Shown here: positions 26,106-40,177 of the stretch, in pieces
How positions within the stretch are numbered: the first letter of the stretch is position 1
Layout of the letters: every line of letters starts with the position of its first letter
NCBI RefSeq assembly: GCF_009914755.1
Contig: NC_060929.1
Direction: 5' to 3' (one strand)
Source: the human T2T-CHM13v2.0 reference genome, Homo sapiens
DNA length: 64,000 bases
Notes under the pieces: model-generated
The model's input: only the letters and a program-made list of their open reading frames with translations
Told to the model about the DNA's origin: nothing
The model's database searches: none
Program-made: the position numbers and the translations under genes

Positions 26106-28720
26106 CTCATTGCCATGATGTTCCCCTCTTTGTGTTCATATTTAGTCTATATTTAACTCCCACTTACAAGTGAAAATATGCAGTATTTGGTTTTCTGTCC
26201 CTGCATTAATTTACTTAGGAATGTCCTTCAACTGCAGCCATGTTGTGCAAAAGACATAATTCTGTTTTTTTAATGGATGCATAGATTATCATGGTATATG
26301 TGCCACATTTTCTTTCTTGAGTCCACTGTTGATGGGTATCTTTGATTTCATGTCTTTGCTATTGTGAATAGTGCTCCAATGAGCATGTGTATGAATGTGT
26401 CTTTATGGTAGAATGATTTATATACCTTTTGGTATATGCCCAGTAATGGAATGGGTTGAATGGTAGCTCTATTTTAAGCTATCTGAAAAATCTTCAAACT
26501 CTTTTCCATAGTGGCTGAAGTAATTTACATTCCCACAAAAAGATATAAAGTGTTTTATTTTCTCTGCAACTCACCAGCATCTGTTATTTTTTGGCTTTTT
26601 AGTAATAGCCATTCTGATTGGTGTAAGATGGTATCTCATTGTGATTTTGATTTGCATTCTCCCATGATTAGTGATGTGGAGCATTTTTATATGCTTGTTG
26701 GCTGCACGTATGTCTTTTTTGAGAAGTCTCTGTTCATGTCTTTTACCCGTTTTTAATGGAGTTATTTGTTTTTGCTTGTTGATTTGTTTGTTTCTTATAC
26801 ATTCTGGATATTAGACCTTTGTTGGATGCACAGTTTGCAAATATTTTCTCCCATTCAGCAGGTTTTCTGTTTACCCGGTTGATAGTTTATCTTGATATAC
26901 AGCAGCTCTTTAGTTTAATTAAGTCCCACTTTTCTATTTTTTGTTGTTGCAATTGCTTTTGGACTCTTTACTATGAAATATTTGCCAAATCCTATGTCCA
27001 GAATGGTACTTCCTAGGTTTTCTTCTAGGGTTTTTCTAGTTTTAGGTCTTACATTTAAGCCTTTAATCCATCTTGAGCTAATTTTTGTATACGGTGAAAG
27101 AAGGTGTCTGGTTTTCATCTTCTGCATATGGCTAGCCAGCTATCCCAGCACCATTTACTGAATGAGCCATTTTTCTATTGCTTGTTGTTGTTGACTTTGT
27201 TGAACATCAGACTGTTGTATGTGTGCAGCTTTTTTGAGTTTTCTAGTTTTTTTCCATTGATGTAGGTGTCAGTTTTTGTACCAGTGCCATGCTTTCATTT
27301 TTTTTATTACTGTAGCTTTGTAGTATAAAGTTGGGTAATGTGATGTTTCCGGCTTTGCTCTTTTTTTCTTGGGATTGCTTTGCTATTCTGGCTCCCTTTA
27401 TATTCATACTGAGAATATAAGGACTAGCATGACTTGGGGGTGATTATCTTACATAGAATCTTACTTGGATTTTCTGAAATTCCCAAATTTCATGTCAACA
27501 TTTCTAGTGAGGTTTTGGAAATTTTTTGAATGGTATCCTATCCTCAAATATGTTTTCCAAGTTGCTTGTTCTCTCCCCCTCTCTTTCTGAGATACCAATT
27601 AGTGATAAATTTGGTCCCTGTACAGAATTCCTCATTTCTCAGATGTTGTGTTCATTTTTCAGTTCTTTTTTCTTTATTTTTGTCTGACTGAGTTGATTTG
27701 AAGAACCAGTCATTGAGCTCTGAGACTCTTTCCTCACCTTGGTACATTCTGCTGTTAATACTTATGATATTGCATTATAAAATGCTTGTAGTGAGTTTTT
27801 CAGCTCTAGAAAATAAGTCTGGTTCTTTCTCAGGATGGCTGTTTCATCTTTCAACTCTTGTATCTTTTTATTGAATTCCTGGGATTGAGTTTCAACTTTC
27901 TTCTGAAACTTGATAATTTTTGTTGCCATCCAGCTTCTGAATTCTGCGTCTGTCATTTCGGCCATTTCAGTCTGGTTAAGAACCATTGCTGGGGAGATCG
28001 TGTGGTCATCTGGAGGTAAGAAGAACCTCTGGACTTTATGGTTCTGGAATCAGAGTTCTTGTGCTGATTCTTTTTCATCTGCGTGGGCTGGTGTTCCTTT
28101 AATGTTTGAAGTTTCTATCCCTTAAATGAGACTTTTTACTTTTATATTTTTCAATGTTCTTGAGGATTTGACTGTGGTATAAGTTGAATTTAGTCAATTG
28201 GCTTCATTTCTGAATGATTTCAGGAGGCCAACGCTCAGTTCAGTTCAGCACTCCTAGGCTGAATGTTGTAACCCTGGGGTGCTGGTTCTAAGCCTGTAGC
28301 TTTTTTCTCTGGCCCTTCAAGGTTAAGCACCTGCTACACTGGAGGGGCCAATGTGTTTCCAGTCTGCTAACAATAACACTCCAATGAGGGGTGCCAGCAA
28401 ATGTACTTTGGCAGGGTTTCAGCATGGCAGCAGTGGGTGTCATGTGCCTGTGCATGCTGGTAGTATGGTGGTGGTGGGGTCAGTATGCACATGCACTCCA
28501 GCAAAGCACGAGGGAGGCTACAGGCAAACGAGTGGTGGTGAAGCAACAGTGAGTGGGTTGCAGGCTTGTGCAAGCTGGTGGGAGCCTCCCTGCAGAAGCT
28601 CTCTGACTGTTAGACAGGGTCTGCCAGTGAAAGTAATGGGGGTGGCTGCTGGCAAGTGCTTCAGCTGGGCAACTGAGACCACACTGAAAGTGGGTGTGGC
28701 CAGGAAGGCCCAGCTTATCC
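26106..28720 (-). mobile_element. Old primate L1 (L1PA15/16-L1PB-like) with a large internal deletion
   Basis: ORF2 3' region 26106-~27405 joined directly to ORF1/5'UTR sequence; ORF 27762..27986 is the ORF1p N-terminal coiled coil (EMTDAEFRSWMATKII...). Confidence 0.88.
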
Positions 28721-28781
28721 ACCACTAACCTAACAATCATGTTTTTTTCCTTCAATTTAACCCACTTTCAGTGCTTTCTAT

Positions 28782-29171
28782 TGACATAGTTCAGATATTT
28801 GTCCCCTCCAAATCTCATATTGAAATTTGATCTCCAATGTTGGTAGTGAGAGATGTTTGGGTGGTGGGGTGAATCCCTTATGAATGGTTTGGTGCCACCT
28901 TCACGGTAATGAGTTCTCACTCTTAATTTACAGAAAACTGATTATTAAAAACAGCCTAGGATCTCCCTCCTCTCTTTCCTCCTTTTTATCTAATCATGTG
29001 ATTCCTACTTTCCTTCTGCTTCTGCCAGCAGCTTGAGGTTTTCACCAGAAACATACACTGACGTCATGTTTCTTGTACAGCCTACAGAACCAAGATCCAA
29101 ATAGAACTCTTTTCTTTATAAATCACCCAGCCTCAAATATTCATTTATAGCAACACGAATAGACTAAGGTA
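28782..29171 (+). mobile_element. MST (MSTB-like) MaLR solo LTR
   Basis: GATATTTGTCCCCTCCAAATCTCAT...CTTTTCTTTATAAATCACCCAGCCTCA...TATAGCAACAC. Confidence 0.88.
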
Positions 29172-29814
29172 TCTTCTATCTATTGGTGTTCTGAGTTCAT
29201 TGATTCTTTTACCTTTTACCCTACTTCTGTGTATAATCCCATAGCTGTCTATTCCCTTCAAAATCAGATTAAATTCTAAGGCCTGTCATTCAAATCATTC
29301 TCGAATATCAGTGCTCTGCTTGTGGTGGGGAAAAACTAAAACTAGGTTATATTTACAATCTATCTTCTCTGCGAACTCTTCAGGTTACTGAGCATCACTC
29401 AGGGAAATCTCAAAATCAAACATATTGCTACATACAAATCCATGCTTATAAACTATAATGTATCTTCAATACTGCATTAAAAGTCTGCTTTTCTACTAAG
29501 GAAATTGTTAATTCCTCATTATCCCTTAAAGCTCAAATCATAAACACTCATGTCAGTCTCAGTTTATGACCCTTCTTCCAAATACGATGAGATATCAGAA
29601 GCCAGCAGACATAAAATCAGGAGGATTCTGATTTGGACCCATGTTTCTTCCCTTCCTTGATTTCAGTACAGGCTTTTGCCTTTATCGTACAATAATATTC
29701 AACTTTTATCTTTCAAACACTTTCTGAAATGAAGGAATGTAAGACTATAAGTAGAAAGAAAACTAGGACTGGGCATAGCTGGGTGCTTCTGAATGCCCAC
29801 ATTTATTCTTATGC

Positions 29815-30390
29815 CTATTTATTCAAAATCAAGTTAATGAGATTTTAGTGGGAGCTTATGACAGTGCTGAATGCTGGGGATACAGGAGTCAGCAAAAGCA
29901 ATAATATTTATGACACAAACAAATGTATACATTGTTAAGGAAAACAGATAATGCACAAGAAAGAATCATAACAAAATAGATTCTTGTAATAGATGATAAA
30001 AGGGCACATATTGGAGGCATTCCGTTATTCTTGTCAGAGAATTATACAGGAAACCCAACAATGTAAAGACCTAATCAACATGTAAAACTCCTGGAGAATA
30101 AAAAATAAAACAGGAAGAGAAGAATGCACAAAGCTACAAATACAGGATAGTGCTTACTGCATTTGAAGAAAAGAACATAAACTAAAGTGAAATGAACAAG
30201 CAAAGAAAACACTAAATGTCTGAAGCGGAGGGAAGAAAGGCAAGATGTGTCAAGTGAGTTGGGAAAAGTCAGGGTCTAACCTACATCTTAGATGCTAAAA
30301 TAGAACAATTTAAATATGTTTCAAAGGAAAATAGGATATATTGAAAGATGTGATGTTAATCTAAGGAATCAGATGATCCTAGTGATATTT
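29815..30390 (-). mobile_element. L2 3' fragment (continues at ~31876-32005 and ~32720-33170)
   Basis: ATTTATTCAA...TGCTGGGGATACAG; later TTTTAAAAGATCACTATGGCT. Confidence 0.65.
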
Positions 30391-30659
30391 TCTTATTTTT
30401 ATTTTTGGAGGATTTTTCTGAATCTTATTTTGTTTTACTTTTTCAACTTTTATGTAAGCCTCTAAATTTGCTACTGCAAATGTACTTATTTTATATAGAG
30501 AAAAAATAGACATTAAAAGGTTTATATAACTGTGTATCTGTATTAATACAGATATACAAAAATATAATCACAGAGCTGGAAAACTTGGATGGAAGTACAT
30601 CAAATTACTCTCAGTGGTTGTTTCTGGTTGGTGAGTTAGATATGATTTTCACGTTAACT

Positions 30660-31875
30660 TTCTTCTTTTAAATCTTAATTGAGGTACAATTAACCTCAAT
30701 ACATAAAATACGTAAAACAAAATTTATATATATTTAAGGTGTGCAATTTGATGTTTTGATATATACAAACATTGGAAGATAATGAACACAATCCTGCTAA
30801 TTAACATATCCGTCACCTCACATAGCAACCATTTTCAGGTATACAAAGTATTATTATTAAATATAGCCATGATGCTGCCTCTCAGATCTCCAGAACTTGT
30901 TTATCTTTTAACAGAAAGTTTATATCCTTTGATCAACATCTCCCCATTTCCCCCCACCCACCCCCAGCATCTCCTCATTTCTCTCATTCTGGATTCATGG
31001 TAACTACCTTTGTACTCTGTTCTGTGAATTTTCCTTTTTTGGATTCCACATGTAAGTAAGATATGTAGTATTTGTCTTTCTGTGCCTGGATTATTTCAGT
31101 TAACATAATGTCCTCCAGGTTTATTCGTATTATTGCACATGACAAAATTTTTTTCCTTTAGGCCAAAAAGTATTCCAGTGTATCTATGCCTATCAATGTC
31201 TATAAAATATTTTCTTTATTCATCTGTTGATGAACTTTCAGTTGTTTCCATACCTTGGCTATTGCGAACGATGCTGCAATAAATGTGGGAATGTAGATAT
31301 TATTTTAAGATTTTGATTTCAATTCCCCTAGATATATACCCAAAAGTGAGATTGCTGTATCATATGTTAGTCCTATTTATTTTTTGAGGAAACTTCATAT
31401 TGTTTTTAATAATATTTTACCAGTTCACATTTCACCAACTATGTATAAGGATTCCTTTTTCTCTGTGTCCTCTCCAACACTTGCTAACTTTTCAATTTTT
31501 GATCATGGCCATCTTAGCAGATATGAGGTGATATTGTAGACTTAATTTCCATTTTCCTAATGATTAGTACTGTTAAACACCTTCCATATATGCATTTGCA
31601 TGTCTTCTTTGGAGAAATGTCTATTCAGATCCTTGGCCCCTTTCTAAATTATTTGGGTTTTTTTTCTATTGTAGATATGAAATCAAAAGCATAGGTATAA
31701 AACACAAAAATAAACAAATGACACTATAGAAAAGTAAACTGTTACTGCATAGCTAATGAAATAATAAAAAAATGAAAGGCAATCTGTAGAATGGGAGAAA
31801 GTATTTGCAAACCATATATTCAATAGGGGGTTAATATTATTCAAACTATATAAATAACTCATACAATCTAAATGG
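30660..31875 (-). mobile_element. L1MA (L1MA8/9-like) with inverted 5' segment
   Basis: Antisense 3' UTR/ORF2 at 30660-31671 followed by sense ORF2 at 31672-31875. Confidence 0.85.
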
Positions 31876-32035
31876 TATTTTTAAAAGATCACTATGGCTC
31901 CAGTGTGGAAAAGTATTAGGAAAAAAACCAAAACAGTAAAAGAAGGAGCAAGACATGTCATGTGTACTGCAATAGTAATTACAGAGAGCATGGTAGCTGA
32001 TATGGATACTGAGGGGTTTTTTTCGAAAAAAAATT

Positions 32036-32323
32036 TTTTTTTTTGAGTTGGAGTCTCGCTCTGTCTCCCAGGCTGGAGCGCAGTGGCGTGATCGTGATCT
32101 CCTCTCACCGCAAGCTCCGCCTCCCGGGTTCACGCCATTCTCCTGCCTCTTAGCTGGGGCTACAGGCGCCCGCCACCATGCCCTACTATTTTTTTTGTAT
32201 TTTTTAGTGGAGACGGGGTTTCACCGTGTAAGCCAGGATAGTCTCCATCTCCTGACCTCGTGATTCGCCCGCCTCCGCCTCCCAAAGGGCTGGGATTACA
32301 GGCTTGAGCCACCGTGCCCGGCC
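32036..32323 (-). mobile_element. AluY
   Basis: AluY diagnostics; TSD about GAAAAAAA(A)TT; small internal duplication (CGTGAT x2) and deletion. Confidence 0.93.
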
Positions 32324-32329
32324 TGAAAA

Positions 32330-32705
32330 AAATTGTTGTAAGAACATTTAACACGAGATGTACCCTTTTAACAAATTTGTAAATGCATAATAAAGTATTA
32401 TTAACTATATGCACATTGTTGTACAGCTCATCTTTGGAAATTGTTTATCTTGAAATACTGAAGATTCACCTATTACACAGCAACACTCCATTTCTCTCTG
32501 CCCCGTCCCCTGGCAACCACCATTTCACTCTGTTTCTATGATTTGATTATTTTAAATACTTCCTATAAGTGGAATGATGCAGTGTTTTTCCTAATGTGAC
32601 TGGCTTATTTTACTTAGTAAAATGGCCTCCAGGATTATTCATGCTATTGCATGTGGCAGAATTTTCTTCTTTTTAAAAAGTAAATAATATTCCATTGTAT
32701 TTATA
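32330..32705 (-). mobile_element. L1MA 3' end fragment
   Basis: GTAAGAACATTTAACACGAGATGTACCCTTTTAAC...CCCCTGGCAACCACCATT. Confidence 0.82.
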
Positions 32706-33208
32706 TACGTAACATCTTAACAGAAGATATGCTGACATACATGGAAAATTAACGTATGTTCAAATACAGGGTACAGGAGACATAAGTAGAACTATGAGGG
32801 GGTTGTGACAGTAAGGTAGAAAGTTTGAACTATGGTTTGCTGGAGGAATCAGACTAATCTGTATTTGATGTCTCAAAAATATATGAGGTTAATTTAGAGA
32901 GCACTGTGATAGATTAGGAATGGGTTTGAGTAAAAGGAAGCAGTATTATTTATTTACTCAAGTTTTGGACTTGTAAATCTGTGTAGGTGATGGTGTCCTT
33001 CAGGAGAATGAAAACAGTAGAGAAGGCAAATCTTAGATGGAAGACAAACTCATTAATTTGTGGTGCAGTCTATATCCTTGAATGTCAAAATGTATCCTTT
33101 TGACATGCAAGATGGAAGTTTTGATAAATTGCTTATGATAAATTTCTAGAGTTGACACAGAATATAATAAAAATTAAAATTTAATCTTCTATCATTGTAA
33201 TTTCATAG

Positions 33209-33541
<333 letters not shown>

Positions 33542-36470
33542 TCCATTGTTATTTTTGAGATTATCTTAATTTTAACATTGTTTATAAGGCTATTGCTATC
33601 ACTGGTATTAACCAAGAAAATTTCTAACAATGAATCAATAGTGTGTAGAAATTAAGTCTGTATTTTATCAGCATTGATATCAAGGTCAAAATTTTGTGCT
33701 GCTTTCCTCCATTTTGATTTTCAAGTTATCTTTACGTTATTTGACCAACAAACATTTGGAACACAGTAAGTGTTGCACTGTTATATATCTTATATAGAAA
33801 GACAAATTATCATGTGATGATTTTACATATATGTGTGTGTGCATGTAATATTATATATACATTAAGTTATATATTTGAATATGTGTTTGTGTGTGAGTCT
33901 GTGTACATACGCATATATATAAATAATTCATTGTTAAATTTGAAACTGAGATTCTTGTTCCTGAGAGCAGCTTTTGGTATCTCCCGAGCAAACTGTCAAT
34001 TTTATCCTATATTTTGCTAACCGATTTTTTGAGATATATTAACTGCTCTTATCTTTTAAATTTTAAAAAATTATAAAGTGTTATTATTTTTTATGTTTTA
34101 AATTATTATAATCAATGGATTTAAGTTGTTAATATGTATTTGATTTTGAATAAGTATTCAAATATGAAAATTAGTTCAAGGTCTGGGCAAAATATAAAAG
34201 ATGATAACCTGATTGTAACTTGGTAGAAGAAACAATATAAAGAAGAGACGAAGATTCTCTGCAATGATTTCTGTGCAATTTCCAGAAATAGCAAAGAATG
34301 TTATTTAGAAATAGTGAAGATTTCCTTTGTGAAACTATACAATTCTTTTAATAAATTATATAATAAAGAGGTTTTTGTTAAAATTGTTATAATTAATTCG
34401 TTAAAAAATTATATAATAAAGAGGTTTCTGTTAAATTAATTGTTTTGAAAAAGACACACTGGTACACTTTTTAGTTTATCTTCAGTGGATATTCTGAAAA
34501 AGGTTCAATGCTGATTAAGCTGTTCCTTGTTACTAGCAATTTATTGGTTATGTATTGGTAAATTAAATAATTTTTTTCCAAATGTATGATATGATATTAT
34601 AAATTATATTGTATATAAATCCAAATTTTGCTTCTGTTTTAACAAGACATTTCATTCATTCAGAAAAATTGGAAAGTATCAAAAATATGTAAAAATAACT
34701 AATTATAATGTGTACTTACAATAATAAAATAAATATTTGTTTTTTATTGTAAAGTCTTGATATTTCTTATGATTTTCAATACATTTTATTTTCTTCTTGT
34801 AAAACTGTGATATATAAATAATTAAAATATTTTGTGAAGTGATAGTGCTTGAGATATTGATAACATTGCTAATCTATATTAAAATTTTAGATTTTTTAAA
34901 ATGTATTTTTTTCAGTTAAAGTTTTGCATGTCAGAAATTTTCCTACGTTTCATTTAAGTTTTTTTGAGAATTGTACAAATATAATACCTTTTCCATTTGA
35001 AAAAATATAGGTTCACTGTGGTCATCTGCCTAACTATATTTTAAATATTTTTCAGGGAGTATTAGTTGATTTATATGTTTAAAAGTATTTCAGACCAACA
35101 ATTAAAAACAAAACAAAAATAATCTGGCATTTTAGTGAGAATATTTATTGTCATTTAAAACACAAATATTCATAAAACATTGTACATATTTTACATTTTT
35201 CACTTGATCCCAATTGCCAAGCTTTATTTTTATTTGGAATATGCAAATAAATTTCTTGTGATATTGTGTAATTTTCATAACAGTAATATTGTATATTAAA
35301 TAAACACAAAATGGTTTCTTATAAAATATATTATCCTGTTGGTTTTGCCTACAGCCCATGTTCTATAATATAGTCCTTTCCCGGAATATGTTTAACATGT
35401 ATATAGTAACATATTCATCTGTAAAACCTTTAGCTAACTGAAAGTATGAAAGGGCCATTTAAAACTATATTCAGTATAAGCTTTATCAATTTGTTATTAA
35501 AATAGTTTAGCTTTATTGGTCAGAGTTGTCATTTATATGCAAAAGTGCTACATAGGATGACAGCATTTATTATGTTGAAGAATAACTTTAAAATACCTGA
35601 CACAATTTTCTTGCAATAAATCAAAATGGAAAAATGGGTCTTCCATTTATAAACTTTAGAAAAGACATTTTACAAAGCCCTAACACTATTTTTAGCCCAT
35701 ATATGTGTTGTTTGGCAACGTTTAAGGAATTACTCTGCTTAGACAGGTGTATTATAAAGTTTATTGCAATTTACTGTTTAAAGTGAATACAGTTGAATGC
35801 TGATGATAAATTTTCTAAACTCATGTGCTTCATCTTTAATAATTAGTTTTCTTGTTCAATAAAATAAAAATTACATATTGAGATTTCCTTATATAAGTAT
35901 TTTTCTATTTATCAAATAGCTTTCTTATTTACTTTTAAAATGTCAGAGTTATATCATAACTTTAAAATTTATAATGGCAAAAAGTATCTGCTAAGATACA
36001 TTGATACTAAAGTAGAAACTTTCAAATTAATTAAAATCAGTTTTAATAGATAAGAGCTAATCACTCTAAAACCAATTCATCAAAATGGAACATAAATTGC
36101 TACCTTGAAATAAAAGAAAAACACATATATTTCTCTCATTTTATATTCCATAGTATCTAATAAATAAACCGCTTGGCTATATTCAGTAGTTTTTTGGATA
36201 TTTTGATTTAATAATATTAAACAATGGGTAACTGCTTATGTTTACTCAATATTTTTGACATTTCTCTGCTCTTAAATGATTGCTTGCTTTTTTCTTTTAC
36301 TATTTAATGATACTTTCCTCTTTTCCTTTTTTTTTTTTTTTTTGTTTTTGTTTGTTTTCCATCATCATATTTCTGAACATCTTCTCACCTGGCCATGGCA
36401 AATTGTCATGCTCAGTTCTAAATAAACCTATCAACTTCAAATCTTTCTCTAAAATTAAATTAGCACAAAT

Positions 36471-36513
36471 CACTGCACTCCAGCCTGGGTGACAGAGCAA
36501 GACTCCAGCTCAG

Positions 36514-36545
<32 letters not shown>
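36471..36545 (+). mobile_element. Alu 3'-end fragment with A/GAAAA tail
   Basis: CACTGCACTCCAGCCTGGGTGACAGAGCAAGACTCC followed by poly-A. Confidence 0.9.
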
Positions 36546-36549
<4 letters not shown>

Positions 36550-36558
36550 TTACTCCTG

Positions 36559-36863
36559 GGCTGGGCACAGTGGCTCACGCCTGTAATTCCAGTATTTTAG
36601 GAAGCTGAGGTAGGGGGGTTGAGTCACTCTAGGAGTTTGAGACCATCCTTGTCAACATGGTAAAACCTCATCTCTATAAAAAATACAAAAAATTAGCCAG
36701 ACATGGTGGTTTGTGCCTATGGTCCCAGAGCTACTCAGGAGGCTGAGATGGGTGGATCACCTGAGCCTGGGAGGTCAAGGTTGCTGTGAGCTGTGGTCGT
36801 GCCACTGCACTCCAGCCTGAGTGACAGAGTGAGATCTTATCAAAAAGAAAAAAAAGAAAAAGT
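36559..36863 (+). mobile_element. AluJ
   Basis: J diagnostics (GGATCACCTGAGCCTGGGAGGTCAAGG); TSD AAAAGAAA(T/C)TACT(C/T)CTG at 36542-36558 and 36864-36880. Confidence 0.92.
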
Positions 36864-37636
36864 AAAAGAAACTACTTCTGCATCCAACCCATTAGTTATT
36901 TCCTAACATAGTCAAAAACAAAGAAGAATGTCTTCTAAGTAAAATTTCTATAATAAGAAAAGCAGTATACTAAAGCATAATAGTAAAACAACATAATATT
37001 AATAAACAATAAATAGAAAGAGCTCCTCCACAGGCATATGTTATTTTATTGCACTTCACTTTAATGCACTTTGTGTGTATTTTTTTTCAAATTGAAGATT
37101 TGTGGCCACCCTGTGTAGAGCAAGTCTAACGACAACATGTTTTCAAACAACATAGGCTTACTTCTTGTCTCTGTGTCATATTTGGTAATTCTCATGATAT
37201 TTCAAACTTTATCATGATTATTGCATCTGTTATGGTGATCTGTAACTAATGATCATTGATATTACTATTGTAATTGTTTTGGAGCATCATAAAAGATGGT
37301 GAACTTAACCAATAAAGGTCATATGTGATCTTACTGCCCTACTGACTCATTGTTCCCCTGTTGCTCTCCATTTCCTCAGCCCTCCCTATTTTCTTGAGAC
37401 ACAACAATATTGAAATTGGCCCAATTAATAACCCTTCCATGGCCTCTATATATTCAAGTGAAAGGAAGAGTCATATTCTCTCAGTTTCAATCAAAAGCTA
37501 GAAATAATTAAGCTTAGTGAGAAAGGCATGCCAAAAACTGAGATAGACCAAAGATAGGCCTCTTGTGTCAAAGAGTTAGCAAAGATATGAATAAAAAATA
37601 AAAGTTCTTGAAGAAACTTAAAAGTTCTACTCAGTT

Positions 37637-37889
<253 letters not shown>

Positions 37890-39086
37890 TCATAAAAAAG
37901 TGAAACAGTCTTATTACTGATACTGAGAAGTTTTTGGTAGTCTGAAAAGATCAAACCACCCACAACGTGTACTTAAGCCAAAGCCTAATGCAGAGCAAGG
38001 CCCTAATTCCCTTTAGTTTTATGAAGGCTGAGAGACTTGAAGAATCGGCATAAGAAAAATTTGAAGCTATCAAAGTTTGGTTTATGAGGTTTAAGGAAAA
38101 GAGCCAACTCTATAACATAAAATGCAAGGTGAAGCATGAATTGCTGATGTAGAGGCTGCAGCCAGTTATCCAGGATATCTAACTAAAATAATGGATGAAG
38201 GTGATTACATTAAACAATATATTTTTAGTGCAAGTAAAGTTGCCTTTTATGTAATCTAGGGTATTCATAGGGAAGAGAAATAATTGCTTCAAAGTTTTAA
38301 AAAACAGGCTATCTTCTCAGTAGCTAATGCAATTGGTGACTTTAAGTTAAAGCACATGCTTATTTATACCATTCTGAAAATTCTAGAGCCCTTAAAATTA
38401 TGCTAAGTCACTCTGCCTGTTGTCTATCAATGAAACAATAAAGATTGAATGACAGCACATCTGTTTAGTGCATATTTTAAGCCCATTGTTGAGACCTACC
38501 TCTCAGAAAAAAGATTTCTTTTGAAATGTTACTGCCTATTGACAATGAACCTTATCATACAAGAGCTCTGGAGGAGATTTACAAGTAGATTAATGTGATT
38601 TCCATGCCTGCTAACACAACATCCATTCTGCAGCCCAGAAATCAAGGAATAGTTCTCATTTTCTAGTCTTATTCTTTAAGAAATACATTCCATAAGGCTA
38701 TAGCTACCAAGAGTAGTAATTGTTCTGATGGATCTAAATTGAAGGCCTACTGGAAAGGATTCACTATTCTAAGTGTCATTAAGAAGACGGTAGAGTCAAA
38801 ATATCAACAATAACAGGAGTTTGGAAGAAGTTGATTTCAGCCCTCATGGATGATTTTGAGGAGTTGAAGACTTTAGTGGAGTAAGTAACTGCAGATATGG
38901 TTGAAAATAGCAAGATAACTAGAATTAGAAGTGGAGCTTGAAGATATGACTAAATTGCTACAATTTCATAATAAGACTTGAATGAATAAGAAGTTGCTTC
39001 TGATTGAAGGGAAAATAATGTGGTTTCTTGAGATGGAAACTGCTCCTGGCAAAGAGGCTCTGAAAAGTGTTGAAATGACAACAAAA

Positions 39087-40177
39087 TATCGGGGGAACCA
39101 GCCCCCAATATTTCAACATAGGTTCTTTCTATTTTCTATAAGTGTTGGCCAGCTGAGAAATAAAGAGAAAGAGTACAAAGAGAGGAATTTTACAGCTGGG
39201 CTGCCTGGGGTGACATCACATATCAGTAAGACCATGATGCCTGCCTGAGCCTTAAAGCTGCAAGTTTTATTAAGGATTTCAAAAGGGGAGGGGGTGCAAG
39301 GACATGGAGTAGGTCACAAAGATCACATGCTTCAAAGGGCAAAAAGGAGAACAAAGATCACATGCTTCTGAGGAAACAGGACAAGGGCAAAATCAGAAAC
39401 TCCTATTAAGGGTCCAACAAAAATCGCAAGGCAAAGGGCAAAAGCAAAGATCACAAGCAAAGGGCAAAAGCAGAATTATTGATAAGGGTCTATGTTCAGC
39501 GATGCATGTATTGATTGATAACATCTTAAACAACAGAAAACAGGGTTGGAGAGCAGAGAACTGGTCTTACCTCAAATTTACCAGGGCAGGTTTTTTCCCC
39601 ACCCTAGTAAGCCTGAGGGTACTGCAGGAGACCAGGGTGTATCTCAGTCCTTATCTCAACTGAATAGGACAGACATTCCCAGAGAGGCCATTTATAGACC
39701 TCCCCCCAGTAATGAATTCCTTTCCCAGAGTATTAATATCAATATTCCTTGCTAGGAAAAGAATTTAGTGATATTTTCCCTACTCGCACATCCATTTGTA
39801 GGCTCTCTGCAAGAATAAAAATATGGCTCTTTTTACTCAACCCCACAGGCAGTCAGACCTTATAGTTGTCTTCCCTTGTTCCCTAAAATCGCTGTTATTC
39901 TTTTCTTTTTCAAGGTGCACTGATTTCATATTTTTCAAACACACATGCTTTACAATCAATTTGTACAGTTAACACAATTATCATAGTGGCCCTGAGATGA
40001 CCTACATCCTCAGCTTAGGAAGATAACAGGATTAAGAGATTAAAGTAGGACAGGAGTAAGCAATTATGAAAGTATTATTTGGGAAGTGGTAAATGTCCAT
40101 GAAATCTTCACAATTTATGTTCCTCTGCCATGGCTCCAGCTGGTCCCTCCATTCAGGGTCCCTGACTTCCTGCAACA
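39087..40177 (-). mobile_element. MER11 solo LTR (HERV-K11/HML-8)
   Basis: TATCGGGGGAACCAGCCCCCAATATTTCAAC...GTCCCTGACTTCCTGCAACA; 1091 bp; 6-bp TSD ACAAAA/ACAAAT. Confidence 0.93.

Noticed and set aside
32281-32323. GGCTCAAGCC Alu variant suggesting Old World monkey origin
   Set aside because: A single position at a mutable site; other macaque-type diagnostics are absent, so species cannot be assigned from it
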